DNA of 64,000 nucleotides from Candidatus Eiseniibacteriota bacterium (GTDB taxonomy: Bacteria; Eisenbacteria; RBG-16-71-46; CAIMUX01; VGJL01). Location: NCBI GenBank assembly GCA_041946735.1, contig JBHGAY010000001.1, positions 32,001-96,000 on the forward strand, given 5' to 3'. The notes under the pieces are model-generated. The model was not told the DNA's origin and ran no database searches. It worked only from the letters and a program-made list of their open reading frames with translations. Position 1 is the first letter of the stretch, and every line of letters begins with the position of its first letter. This document shows, in pieces, positions 27,299 to 36,674 of the stretch. The position numbers and the translations under genes are program-made.

Positions 27299-27376
27299 CG
27301 CATCCTCCTGTCGAAAGCGGATCCTGGAAACGACAGGGCCGCGGCGGCCTGCCGCGGCCCGACAAAGAAGAGGGTG

Positions 27377-27450
27377 TGCGCCCAGGAGGAGTCGAACCCC
27401 CAACCTTCTGATCCGTAGTCAGACACTCTATCCAATTGAGCTATGGGCGC
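27377..27450 (-). tRNA. tRNA-Arg(ACG)
   Basis: GCGCCCATAGCTCAATTGGATAGAGTGTCTGACTACGGATCAGAAGGTTGGGGGTTCGACTCCTCCTGGGCGCA; anticodon stem TCTGA/TCAGA; no encoded CCA. Confidence 0.97.
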
Positions 27451-27462
27451 ACCAACCACTGC

Positions 27463-27553
27463 TGGCGGAGAGGGGGAGATTCGAACTCCCGGTAGGCTTT
27501 TGACCTACAACACATTAGCAATGTGCCGCCTTCAGCCACTCGGCCACCTCTCC
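27463..27553 (-). tRNA. tRNA-Ser(GCT)
   Basis: GGAGAGGTGGCCGAGTGG...CACATTGCTAATGTG, long variable arm, GTTCGAATC...GCCA. Confidence 0.97.
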
Positions 27554-27580
27554 AGGAACATCCCGCCTCGCCGAGTCTCT

Positions 27581-27663
27581 CGGAGGGAGTAGGATTCGAA
27601 CCTACGGGTCTTTCGACCTGCGGTTTTCAAGACCGCCGCCTTCAACCACTCGGCCATCCCTCC
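27581..27663 (-). tRNA. tRNA-Ser(TGA)
   Basis: GGAGGGATGGCCGAGTGG...GCGGTCTTGAAAACCGC, variable arm GGTCGAAAGACC, GTTCGAATCC; -10-like TATCAT at 27672-27677. Confidence 0.96.
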
Positions 27664-27963
27664 CGGCCGCGATGATACCGCGGATCGGAACGGCCGGCCC
27701 GACGAATCCCCTTCGCCCCTCTCTGCGGGCTCCTCGTGGCCGAACGCCGCGAGGGCCCGAAGCGGCCGAAGCGGGCTCAACGTAGCATCCCGGTCCGGGC
27801 AAGCGCAAGGGGGGCGGCCGCTCCGGCCCGCGGGCCGCCGGCCCCGACCGGCCCCGCCGACGGCGTGCCATCCCGCCCACGAACCGATCGTGAGATCATC
27901 CGCGAAACGCTGCGTCTCGCGGCGCCGGCCATGAGCGACGCGGCGGCGGAGGGACCGAGGCAC

Positions 27964-29016
27964 GTGCCTGAGTTACCCGACATCGTCGTCTATATCGAGA
28001 GCCTCGAGGCGCGCATCGCGGGTGGCCCCCTCCTCGGGGTCCGGCTTCGCCATCCCTTCGTGCTGCGCTCGTTCGATCCTCCGATCGAAGAGGCCGTGGG
28101 AAGGCCGGTCGGGCCGCTCCGCCGGCTCGGCAAGCGCATCGTCCTGCCGCTCCCGCCGGACCTGTTCCTGGTCGTGCACCTCATGATCGCCGGGCGCCTG
28201 CGCTGGCTGCCGCCCGGCGCCGCGATCCCCGGACGGCTCGGCCTCGCGGCTCTCGACTTCCCGGCCGGGACCCTCGTCCTGACCGAAGCGGGAACGCAGA
28301 AGCGCGCGTGGATCCGGCTCGTGCGCGGCGAGGAAGGTCTCGCCGATCTCGATCCGGGAGGACTCGAGGTGCTCGACTCCGACCTCGCCTCCTTCCGCAG
28401 CGCGCTCCTCGCTGAAAACAGGACGTTGAAGCGTGCTCTCACCGATCCGCGTCTCTTCAGCGGCATCGGCAACGCCTACTCCGACGAGATCCTCCACCGC
28501 GCCCGCCTCTCCCCAGTCCGCCTGACGGAGCAGCTCACCGCGGCGGAGATCGCGCGCCTGCGCGAAGGATGCCTGGCGGTGCTGACGGAGTGGACGGAGC
28601 GACTGCGTCAAGAAGCGGCGGCGGCCGGCGGCTTTCCGAAGGAGGTGACGGCCTTCCGAAAGGAGATGGCGGCCCACGGCCGCTACGGCCTGCCGTGCCC
28701 GGTTTGCGGGACGCCGATCCAGAGGATCGTCTACGCGGCGAACGAGACGAACTACTGCCCCGGCTGCCAGACCGGCGGCCGCCTTCTCGCCGACCGCGCC
28801 CTCTCGCGCCTGCTGAAGAAGGACTGGCCGCGCACCCTCGAGGAACTCGAGGAGCTCCGAGGCGAGCGCGACGGAGGCGGCACGCGCGGCGAGCGAGGCG
28901 GAGGCGGCACGCGCGGCGAGCGCGGCGGAGGCGGCGAGCGCGGAGCGGGCGGCGAGCGGGGCGAGGGCGGCGAGCGTGGAGCGGGCGAAGCGCCGCCGCG
29001 AACGCGGCGGCCCTAG
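27964..29016 (+). CDS. Fpg/Nei-family DNA glycosylase/AP lyase with Gly/Glu/Arg repeat tail
   Basis: N-terminal PELPD, RRLGK, HLMIAG, H2TH GIGNAYSDEILH, zinc finger CPVC...CPGCQ; GTG 27964. Confidence 0.9.
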   Translation: MPELPDIVVYIESLEARIAGGPLLGVRLRHPFVLRSFDPPIEEAVGRPVGPLRRLGKRIVLPLPPDLFLVVHLMIAGRLRWLPPGAAIPGRLGLAALDFPAGTLVLTEAGTQKRAWIRLVRGEEGLADLDPGGLEVLDSDLASFRSALLAENRTLKRALTDPRLFSGIGNAYSDEILHRARLSPVRLTEQLTAAEIARLREGCLAVLTEWTERLRQEAAAAGGFPKEVTAFRKEMAAHGRYGLPCPVCGTPIQRIVYAANETNYCPGCQTGGRLLADRALSRLLKKDWPRTLEELEELRGERDGGGTRGERGGGGTRGERGGGGERGAGGERGEGGERGAGEAPPRTRRP

Positions 29017-30167
29017 CCTTCGAACGGAATCGTCTCGTCGATCCGCGCGCCGCCCAGCATCCGGTCTCCGAGGAAGAAGACGACCGACTGTCCCGGCGTG
29101 ACCGCCTCCTCCGGCGTCACGAACCGCACCTCGCAGCGGTCCGCTTCCAGCAGGCGGACCATGCACGCGGATCCCGGATGCCGGTAGCGGATCTGGGCCG
29201 TGACGCCGGGCCCTTCGAGCAGCGACGCGGGGGCGAGCAGATTCCGTCCGGACGCCCGGAGCCCGGCGCTCCGCACCTCTTGCTTCCGCCCGAGGTACAA
29301 CGTCGCGCTGGACGGTTCGATTCTCGCGACGTAGAGCCGCTCCGCTCCCGGGACTCCGACGCCCCGGCGCTGTCCCAGCGTGTAGCCGATCAGGCCGTCG
29401 TGCTGACCCAAGGGGCGTCCCTCGACCGTGCGAATCGTCCCGGGCCGGAGCATCGGATGCTCGGCCGGCAGCCGCTCCCGAAGGAACGCGGCGTGCTCCC
29501 CGCTCGGGACGAAGCAGATGTCCTGGCTCTCCGGACGGTCCCACGCCGGCAGCCCCAGCCGGCGCGCCAGACGCCGGACCGCCGCCTTGCGGGCGCCACC
29601 GAGCGGGAAGAGGCAACGAGAGAGCCGTTCGCGCGGCAGCTCCCAGAGCACGTACGACTGATCCTTCGCGCGGTCGCGCGCGCGGCGGAGCGCGAAGCTC
29701 GCCTGCTCGCTCGCGCCGTCGTCCACCGGCTCGCACCGCACGTAGTGGCCGGTCGCGATCGCGTCGAACCCCATCCTCTGCGCCTTCTCGAGGAGCGGTC
29801 CGAACTTCACGTGCGTGTTGCACCGGACGCACGGATTCGGTGTGCGTCCGCGCGCGTACTCCGACACGAAGTCCTCCACGACCTGCGATCGGAACGCCTC
29901 CTCCATGTCGACGACCGTGTGCGGGATTCCGAGGATCGCCGCGCTCCTCCGCGCCTCCCGGACCGCTTCCATGTCGCAGCAGGGACGGGGAGGGCCGTCC
30001 TCCTTCCCATAGCAGAAAAGCTTCATCGTCGCCCCCGCCACCTCGTGCCCCGCCCTGCGGAGCAAATGCGCCGCCACGGCGCTGTCGACCCCGCCGCTCA
30101 TCGCGACGAGGACGCGCAGCTGCCGCGCGGGACGCGACCCAACGGTGCGAAGACTCTCCCGATCCAT
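29013..30167 (-). CDS. mnmA: tRNA 2-thiouridylase MnmA
   Basis: AMSGGVDS, GRTPNPCVRCN..VKF, IATGHY, KDQSYVL, ESQDICF, YTLGQRRG, AVTPGQSVVF. Confidence 0.96.
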   Translation of the reverse strand: MDRESLRTVGSRPARQLRVLVAMSGGVDSAVAAHLLRRAGHEVAGATMKLFCYGKEDGPPRPCCDMEAVREARRSAAILGIPHTVVDMEEAFRSQVVEDFVSEYARGRTPNPCVRCNTHVKFGPLLEKAQRMGFDAIATGHYVRCEPVDDGASEQASFALRRARDRAKDQSYVLWELPRERLSRCLFPLGGARKAAVRRLARRLGLPAWDRPESQDICFVPSGEHAAFLRERLPAEHPMLRPGTIRTVEGRPLGQHDGLIGYTLGQRRGVGVPGAERLYVARIEPSSATLYLGRKQEVRSAGLRASGRNLLAPASLLEGPGVTAQIRYRHPGSACMVRLLEADRCEVRFVTPEEAVTPGQSVVFFLGDRMLGGARIDETIPFEG

Positions 30168-30313
30168 CACGCATCGACTCCTGACCATGAAGCCGTGATC
30201 CTCGAACGCGAAGCCCGGCATGCCGGGAAGGCAGGTCGGGCTCCTTCGCGAACCGTCGAATGTCTCAGAGCGGCGCGGCCGTGGTCAACGCCTCCCGGGG
30301 AACGATCCGTCCA

Positions 30314-31081
30314 TCAGTCCCCCGAGTTCGATGAACTCCCCTGGGTCGACGAGGAGCCCGAACCGGGGGCGGCGGGGGCCGACGGTGCGGCCGGCGTCGT
30401 GGGCGAAGTGGACTTCGCCGCCGGATCGTCCTTCGGAAGGAGGCTCTGGAGCACGCCGATTCCCTCCAGCGCCGTCTGCGCGGCATCGCTCTTCGGATCG
30501 ATCTCGACCACCTTCTGCCACTCGCGGATCGCCTCCCGGTAGATCCCCGCGTCCGCGAACGCGACGCCGAGCAGGTAGTGCGGCAGCTGGCTCTTGGGAT
30601 CGGCCTGGATCGCCTGCTGGTAGAGGCCGATCGCGTCGGAGTACTTCTTCAAGCCATACAGCGCCTGACCCTTGTTGCACAGGACGGTCACGTCGTTGGG
30701 AGCGAGCGGCAGCGCGCGATCGAAGAGCGCGAGCGCCTCCTCGCTCTTCCCGTCCTCGTTCAGCACGACGCCGAGGTTCACCATCGCCTTGACGAAGTCC
30801 GGCTTCTTCGCGATTGCGTCACGGAACGCTTGCTGCGCTTCGGTCCGCCGCCCCTGGTCGTACAGCGCGTTGCCAAGCTGGAACAGGAGGTCCGGATCCT
30901 CCGGCGATTTCTGCAGCGCGACGCGGATCTCCGCCTCACGGGCGGCAGGATCCTTCTGAACCTCCGCAGTCTGCGCCGTCACTGCCCCCGGGGCATCCGC
31001 CCCGAATCCTGCCGTCGCCGCCGATGCGAGCACCATCCCGCTCAGCAGGAGCCATCTTCCCAGATTCCGTCCTCCCGACAT
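30314..31081 (-). CDS. Exported TPR protein
   Basis: Signal peptide then about 5 TPRs (LFQLGNALYDQG, AMVNLGVVL, LCNKGQAL, HYLLGVAF). Confidence 0.85.
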   Translation of the reverse strand: MSGGRNLGRWLLLSGMVLASAATAGFGADAPGAVTAQTAEVQKDPAAREAEIRVALQKSPEDPDLLFQLGNALYDQGRRTEAQQAFRDAIAKKPDFVKAMVNLGVVLNEDGKSEEALALFDRALPLAPNDVTVLCNKGQALYGLKKYSDAIGLYQQAIQADPKSQLPHYLLGVAFADAGIYREAIREWQKVVEIDPKSDAAQTALEGIGVLQSLLPKDDPAAKSTSPTTPAAPSAPAAPGSGSSSTQGSSSNSGD

Positions 31082-31154
31082 TGGACCGCTGATCCCTCCT
31101 GATCGAGCGCGCTCCGCTTGGGCCGCCCGGCCCGCGTTCGCGATCCCGATCGGT

Positions 31155-32654
31155 TCAAACCCGGAAGCGATCGGTTCGCGACAGGTACTGTCGGATCCTC
31201 TCCCGCTCCCTTTCCATGCCCGACCGACCCATGGCTGCGTGGGTGAGACGTTTGCCCTCCTCCACGCCAGGCTGATCGAACGGACTGACATGATACAGCA
31301 TTCCGGCGGCGATCGTAGCCCACTCGTAGAGCTGGAAGAGCTGTCCGAGAGCGAACGGACCGATCGACGGAACATCGAGGACGATCACCGGACGCTCCTC
31401 CGCGAGGAGCGCCATCTCGGTCGCGCTGCGCTCGAGCGCGAGCAGCTCGCCCACGCCATGCCCCGCGACGTGGTCGAGCCCGGCGTCGGCAAGGCCGGGC
31501 AGATCGGCCTGCGGGATGCGCACCTCGGTTCTCGGCGATCGAACGGCGATGGTCGTGATCAACTTGTCGTTCGGCCCCTGGACGTAGAGCTGGAGTTGCG
31601 AATGCTGGTCGGTCGCTCCCACCGCGCGGACCGGAGTCTGGCCGACGGGCGCCCGGCTCGTGCCGGTCGGCGTCTCTCTTTTTCCGAGGCTCTCCGCCCA
31701 GAGCTGGCAGAACCATTCGGCGAACGACCGGAGAGCGTCGGCATAGGGCATGAGAACGGCGATCTGCTTTCCCTTGATCCGGTCCATCCATACGTGGACG
31801 CCGGCGAGCGCGAGCGCCGGATTCTCCTGCCAGCGATGCGAGCGGCAGCGTTCGTCCATCCGCGCCGCTCCTTCCAGAAGCTGCTCAGGGTCGATGCCCG
31901 CCACGGCGGCCGGCAGCAGTCCCACCGCCGTCAGGACGGAGAACCGCCCGCCCACGCCAGAAGGGATCGGAAGCGAGCGCGCCCCGGTCTCGCGAGCGAG
32001 CTGCCGGAGGAATCCGTGTTCCGGATCTGTCGTCAGCACCAGCCGTTCCGCCGCGCGAGGACCGAGCTGCGAGCGAAGCCGGTCCCAGATGACGAGGAGC
32101 TGCGCGAGCGTCTCGATCGTCGTGCCCGACTTGCTGACCACGTTGTAGATCGACTCCTCGGGCGGAGCCACGGCAAGGAGCGCATCGAGGCTCTCCGGGT
32201 CCACGTTCTCGGCGACGAACACGCGTGGCGCGCTGCGCGTCGAATCCGGGAGCAGGTTGTGCATCGGAGGAAGGCACGCGTCGAAGATCGCGCGCGCGCC
32301 GAGAGCCGAGCCGCCGATCCCGAGGATGACGAAGTTCCTCTGCTCCCGGCAGGCGCGCGCCGCCTCCCGGATTGCGTCGAGTCCCTCCACCTGGAATGGG
32401 AGATCCAGCGGCTCGAGATCTCCCGCGTCGCGCTCGGCGCGGATCCCTTCCGCCACGCGCTGGAGATCCGGCTCCATCCCGGCGACGTCGGCGCGGGTCA
32501 GTCCGTGCGCCGGGCCGATCTCGTCCGCGAACACCCCGGTCAGGTCGACCCGGACGTCCTCCGTGCTTTGCGAAGCGTTTCGCAGAGCGCCCTGCGAGGC
32601 GCTCTGCGGAGCGCTCTCCCGCGAGTCGTTGCGATCCTGGTCCATGCGGTCCAT
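31155..32654 (-). CDS. pgi: Glucose-6-phosphate isomerase
   Basis: LGIGGSALG, VVSKSGTTIET, VGGRFSVLT, QLWAESLGK, DQHSQLQLY, PFDQPGVEEGK. Confidence 0.96.
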   Translation of the reverse strand: MDRMDQDRNDSRESAPQSASQGALRNASQSTEDVRVDLTGVFADEIGPAHGLTRADVAGMEPDLQRVAEGIRAERDAGDLEPLDLPFQVEGLDAIREAARACREQRNFVILGIGGSALGARAIFDACLPPMHNLLPDSTRSAPRVFVAENVDPESLDALLAVAPPEESIYNVVSKSGTTIETLAQLLVIWDRLRSQLGPRAAERLVLTTDPEHGFLRQLARETGARSLPIPSGVGGRFSVLTAVGLLPAAVAGIDPEQLLEGAARMDERCRSHRWQENPALALAGVHVWMDRIKGKQIAVLMPYADALRSFAEWFCQLWAESLGKRETPTGTSRAPVGQTPVRAVGATDQHSQLQLYVQGPNDKLITTIAVRSPRTEVRIPQADLPGLADAGLDHVAGHGVGELLALERSATEMALLAEERPVIVLDVPSIGPFALGQLFQLYEWATIAAGMLYHVSPFDQPGVEEGKRLTHAAMGRSGMERERERIRQYLSRTDRFRV

Positions 32655-32682
32655 GGCTGCTCGTCCTCCGAATCCGGGAAGC

Positions 32683-33636
32683 CTATCCCTTCCCTTTGCG
32701 GCGCTGATTCCAGGCAAGTCTACGCTGCTGCTTCCGTAGGCCCTTCTCCTTCTTCGCCCTCGTTCCGGCGGGCTTCTGTTCGGCTGGGCGAACGCCGGGA
32801 CGGGCGGCGGCCGGCTCGGGTGGACGCGCGGCGCTCGAGTCGCGCGGCACTCGGGCGGGTCCGGCGGCGGAGTCGGGCACGGAGGCGGCGGGTGGCTCGC
32901 GGCCAGCCGCGGGGGCGGCCGGCGAAGGCGACGGTTTCTGCGGGACGGTCTCACGTCCTGCCTTCGCCTGTGTCCTCGAAGCGGTCCCCGCTCTCCCCTG
33001 GTCTCGCCCCCGCGCCTGCGCCCGCTCTCGCTCCCGCTCTCGCTCTCGCGCTCGTGCTCGCTCCAGCTCCGCCGCTTCCGCCGCCTTCTCCGCCTCCAGG
33101 AAGTGCTTCTCGATGTCGGAGAAGTCTCCGGGAGGACGGCCCTTCACGCGCGACTCCTCGGCCGCCTCGACCACCCGGTCGATCTCGTCCTGTTCGACCT
33201 GCCGGAACATCTCCGATGGCTCGATCTGCAGCGCCCCTCCGGGCAGGCGGCTCCCGAGCGTCGACCGGTCGGAGCTGACGACGGCGACGCGTCCTCCCTT
33301 GCGGATCGCATCGAGCGCGTGGAAGAGAATCCGGTCGTCCGCCTCCTCGGGAGGCAGGCTGTACTCGGTTCGAATCCGTCCCTCCCCGCGAGCGTCGGGG
33401 TTCCTCTCCATCCGGTTGCCGTCGTAGACGATGAGGATCTCGATTCCCTTGCGCACGGCCAACCGCTCGAGCATCCCTTCAAGGCGGCGCCTCGCTTCGG
33501 CGCGCTGCTCGTGCGTCTGCAGCGCCTCGAGGCCCGGGTGCGAGAAGATGACGTTGTGCCCGTCGACGATCCAGCGGAATCGTCGAGGATCGGACGGCCA
33601 GCTTCCCCTCTTCGCGGATGGTCCGGCGCGTGGCAC
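32683..33636 (-). CDS. NYN-domain (YacP/Rae1-like) ribonuclease with long charged tail
   Basis: WIVDGHNVI, IVYDG, EADDRI, VVSSDR acidic NYN motifs; GAGGAGG RBS; C-terminal ERARARERE and Pro/Ala/Lys-rich tail. Confidence 0.8.
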   Translation of the reverse strand: MPRAGPSAKRGSWPSDPRRFRWIVDGHNVIFSHPGLEALQTHEQRAEARRRLEGMLERLAVRKGIEILIVYDGNRMERNPDARGEGRIRTEYSLPPEEADDRILFHALDAIRKGGRVAVVSSDRSTLGSRLPGGALQIEPSEMFRQVEQDEIDRVVEAAEESRVKGRPPGDFSDIEKHFLEAEKAAEAAELERARARERERERERAQARGRDQGRAGTASRTQAKAGRETVPQKPSPSPAAPAAGREPPAASVPDSAAGPARVPRDSSAARPPEPAAARPGVRPAEQKPAGTRAKKEKGLRKQQRRLAWNQRRKGKG

Positions 33637-33772
33637 GACTCAGCCTCCTCGCAGCGGGATGGTAGCCCGGCCGGCCCTTCCGTTGCATCGCCAGCCAAAA
33701 GGAAGCCGCCGCGGATCCTTGCAGGAAGGCATGCGCCCGGTTCGCAGTCCCTCGCCCGAGCCGCACGGGGGC

Positions 33773-33812
33773 AAAAAAGTTTGGAGGGAACCTGCGCGGG
33801 CAGGTTCCCTCC
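33773..33812 (-). terminator. Intrinsic terminator
   Basis: 13-bp perfect stem GGAGGGAACCTGC/GCAGGTTCCCTCC followed on the minus strand by AAACTTTTTT, downstream of the 33893..35005 gene. Confidence 0.75.
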
Positions 33813-33892
33813 GGCCGGACCGTCCGTGATCCCGAGGGGCGTTGAGATCGTCGACCGGTCCAGCTACCTCGCTTTCTTCTGTTCGCGCCGCC

Positions 33893-35005
33893 CTAAGGCC
33901 GGCAGCCTTTCGCCCAGCGGCCTTCGAAGGCGCCTTCCTCGGCGCCATCGCGCACCCGCCAGTGTCCGCGCAGCATCCCCGCGGTCCGCTCGTCGCGGTC
34001 CAGCCAGTCCGCGCGGAACCAGCCGCCTTCACCGTTGCGGATCGACTGTCCGGGGGCGCCGGGCTCGTTGCCTTGACCCCACTCCCCGCGGACGATCCCT
34101 TCGAAGCGGCCGCTCTCGTCGATCACTTTTCCGAACAGCACCTGGTGGCCCGATTCGTCGACGCCGAAGTAGCCGCGGACGAAGCCGGCCAGCGAGCCGT
34201 CCCGATTCACCCAGCGCCCGCGGAAGGTGCCGACGCTGTCGGGGTTGGCCGGAAGCTTCCACTCGCCGCCGAGAAAACCGCTCAGCGTGCAGAGCGCCGG
34301 CTTGACGAGGAAGGACCGAAGCGCGAATGCGTTACCCGCATCGTCGACTTCCTCCTCGAACTCGAGGTCCTTCAAGGAGAGCAGCGGGAAGCTGTACTCG
34401 TGGCCGCCGGCGACGATGGTCAGTACGTCCTGGGCGGGGTCGCGTCCATCGACGAACGGCTGCACGACCATGAACCGGATCCCGTCGAGATCGCCGGCGG
34501 TGTGGCTCACCCAGTCGACGCTCGTGCGGTCGGTGCGCGGCTGCTGCAGATGGTCATCCGACTCGAAGGCGATCACGGAACGCACGACGATCGCCCCATT
34601 GTTCACCTCCGCCCGGCCACTCCAGTCGACGACCGGCTGCTGCCCTTCTCCGCCTTGACCCGTGCGGATCGTCGGATCGGACTGCAGCATCCCCCACAAG
34701 ACGGTGACGGCGTAGACGTGCGTGGAGTCGCGATCCTGCCAGTGGCCGATCGTCGCGTCGGAACCGAATGGATCTTCGACAGGCAGCTCGGTGCCCGCGC
34801 TACGCGCCAGATCGTCGTCGCCGAAGGCCGGAAGCTCGTCCTGAGTCGTCAGGCCGCCGAGCGGATCGTCGAGATTGGGAGTTTCGGTGGTAGGGGAGGA
34901 AGGATCTCCGGGCCGCGTCGCCTGGTCCTTGGAGCAGCCCACGAAGCCGATCAAGAGGAGGGCGATTCCCCAGATGAGAAGACTGGTGCCGAGTCTGCGA
35001 TGCAT
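33893..35005 (-). CDS. Lipoprotein of unknown function, beta-rich C-terminus
   Basis: AAAGGAG RBS; lipobox FVGC; repeated G.F.G.W / G..RG.W strands in the C-terminal part. Confidence 0.75.
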   Translation of the reverse strand: MHRRLGTSLLIWGIALLLIGFVGCSKDQATRPGDPSSPTTETPNLDDPLGGLTTQDELPAFGDDDLARSAGTELPVEDPFGSDATIGHWQDRDSTHVYAVTVLWGMLQSDPTIRTGQGGEGQQPVVDWSGRAEVNNGAIVVRSVIAFESDDHLQQPRTDRTSVDWVSHTAGDLDGIRFMVVQPFVDGRDPAQDVLTIVAGGHEYSFPLLSLKDLEFEEEVDDAGNAFALRSFLVKPALCTLSGFLGGEWKLPANPDSVGTFRGRWVNRDGSLAGFVRGYFGVDESGHQVLFGKVIDESGRFEGIVRGEWGQGNEPGAPGQSIRNGEGGWFRADWLDRDERTAGMLRGHWRVRDGAEEGAFEGRWAKGCRP

Positions 35006-35075
35006 CTCTGACTCCTTTGCCGCCCCTCTCTGTCCTTCTTCGCCTGAAACCTGGCCTTGCCCTGGCTCTGCCATT

Positions 35076-35213
35076 ACCAAGAGGCGTGCCATTCGGAGCG
35101 AAGCGCGCTCGCCCGTCCGCATCTTATTCTGCGTATTGGACTTATGGCGCACCGTCGCGAACGCGCGCCACGCCCCCGCTCCCGGCCATCCCGTGTATGT
35201 ACGTATCGGGACA
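35076..35213 (-). promoter_or_regulatory. Putative sigma54 promoter module (-24/-12, AT-rich IHF-like block, TGT-N10-ACA UAS)
   Basis: TGGCACGCCTCTTGGT (35076-35091, -12 GC replaced by GG); AT-rich block 35121-35145; TGTACGTATCGGGACA 35198-35213. Confidence 0.55.
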
Positions 35214-35340
35214 CCAGATCGGGGCGGGCCTGTACGAAGCGGTCCTGCACGCGCGGGCGCCGGTCGCCCGCCTGGGGGCGAGGGCGAGTATCGGCCGGCG
35301 ATCGCTGGCGATGCCCGGCGGCGTATGGCAGGCTCGCCTC

Positions 35341-36042
35341 ATGTTCCCCATCGGTGACGAGAACCCGACACTCACCACTACCTGGATGGCGATCCTGCTG
35401 ATCGTGGGGAACGTCGTCGTCTGGTTCTGGCAGCTCGCCCTGCCCGCTCCCGCGACGGAACGGCTGATCTGGAGCGCGGCGCTCGTCCCGGCCCGCCTGG
35501 CGGGGATCGTCACCACCCCGGGGATCCCACCGGCGTGGACGCTCGTCACGTCGCAGTTCCTCCACGGCAGCGTCTTGCACCTCGGCGGGAACATGCTCTT
35601 CCTCTGGATCTTCGGGAACAACGTCGAGGACCGCTTGGGCTCGATTCGCTTCCTGTTCTTCTATCTGCTCTGCGGTGTCGCGGCGGGCCTCGTCCACTTC
35701 GCCACCGACCCGGCCAGCCGGATCCCGACGATCGGGGCCTCGGGCGCGATCTCCGGCGTGCTCGGCGCCTACGCGGTCCTCTTTCCGCGCGCGCGCATCC
35801 GCACCCTCGTGATCCTGATCTTCTACATCACGATCGTCGAGCTGCCGGCGTTGCTGTGGGTCGCGCTCTGGTTCCTTGCGCAGCTCTTCGGCGGTTTCGC
35901 GAGCCGCGGCGCCGGCGGCGGGGTCGCGTGGTTCGCCCACATCGGAGGGTTGTTCGCCGGCATCGCGCTGCTCGTCCTGTTCCGGCCGATTCGGAGACCG
36001 GTGCCGCGACAGGAGCCGTTCAGCCACACCTGGAGGGTCTGA
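35341..36042 (+). CDS. Rhomboid-family intramembrane serine protease
   Basis: MFPIGDENP, TSQFLHGSVLHLGGNMLFLWIFGNNVED, GASGAISG, VAWFAHIGG. Confidence 0.95.
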   Translation: MFPIGDENPTLTTTWMAILLIVGNVVVWFWQLALPAPATERLIWSAALVPARLAGIVTTPGIPPAWTLVTSQFLHGSVLHLGGNMLFLWIFGNNVEDRLGSIRFLFFYLLCGVAAGLVHFATDPASRIPTIGASGAISGVLGAYAVLFPRARIRTLVILIFYITIVELPALLWVALWFLAQLFGGFASRGAGGGVAWFAHIGGLFAGIALLVLFRPIRRPVPRQEPFSHTWRV

Positions 36043-36116
36043 GCCGGCGAGTCTCCGCCGCTCCGCGAATCTCCGCGGCTCCGCGGTTCTTCGGGCTTCG
36101 AGAGTCCCCGCCGCTC

Positions 36117-36434
36117 TTACGAGAGGATCATCGAGAGGAGCTTTCGACGCAGGCGCTCGCGCCGCTGGAGAAGCTCGCGATCGGGCTCCACGAGCCGGTC
36201 GAGCAGCGCGAGCATCGCCCGGAGGTCCGCCCTCGCGACCGATTCCGATGGGACGAGGCGGCCGTAGAGCTTGAGCGCCCGATCGATCCCGCCTGCCAGG
36301 AACGCCTCCCTCGCCCGTTCGATTTCGCTCGCCGCCGGTGGCCTCGGTGCCTGCGCCGGCGCGGGCGCGTCGTTGAGACTCGGCTGCCTTCTTGGCGGCC
36401 GCTTGCGGGTTTGACGATCGATCGTCCTGTGCAT
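36117..36434 (-). CDS. Small helical hypothetical protein (105 aa)
   Basis: GGGGAGGG RBS and a sigma54 motif directly upstream; amphipathic TPR-like helices (AREAFLAGGIDRALKLYGRL). Confidence 0.55.
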   Translation of the reverse strand: MHRTIDRQTRKRPPRRQPSLNDAPAPAQAPRPPAASEIERAREAFLAGGIDRALKLYGRLVPSESVARADLRAMLALLDRLVEPDRELLQRRERLRRKLLSMILS

Positions 36435-36460
36435 GGCGGAGCCCTCCCCGCAGCCGCCTG

Positions 36461-36476
36461 TGCAAGAGACAGGCCA
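36461..36476 (-). promoter_or_regulatory. sigma54 (-24/-12) promoter
   Basis: TGGCCTGTCTCTTGCA (GG-N10-GC, intact TTGCA); IHF-like TCAA-N4-TTG at 36502-36512. Confidence 0.65.
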
Positions 36477-36674
36477 GATACGGGAGAGCCTGCGATCGCC
36501 GTCAAGTCGTTGCGCAGAAAGACAGGGGAGCTTCGCGCCAGGCGCGGGCGCCCAGCGGCCCGCGTCGCCGGCGACACGATCCGTGTCGCCGCGCCAGGAT
36601 CCTTGCCGGCGAGGTCACGTCGATGCAGCGGGCGGGACCGATCCTGTCGGCGCTGCGGGCGGGATCGTTCCATG

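Noticed and set aside
27581..27663. tRNA with TGA in the anticodon loop as a possible tRNA-Sec
   Set aside because: Anticodon is TGA (reads UCA, Ser), not TCA. It has a 7-bp acceptor stem and normal Ser architecture. No selC was seen in the window.
27300..27700. tRNA cluster as an integration site for an island or prophage
   Set aside because: No integrase, no duplicated tRNA 3' end seen and no compositional shift in the flanks.
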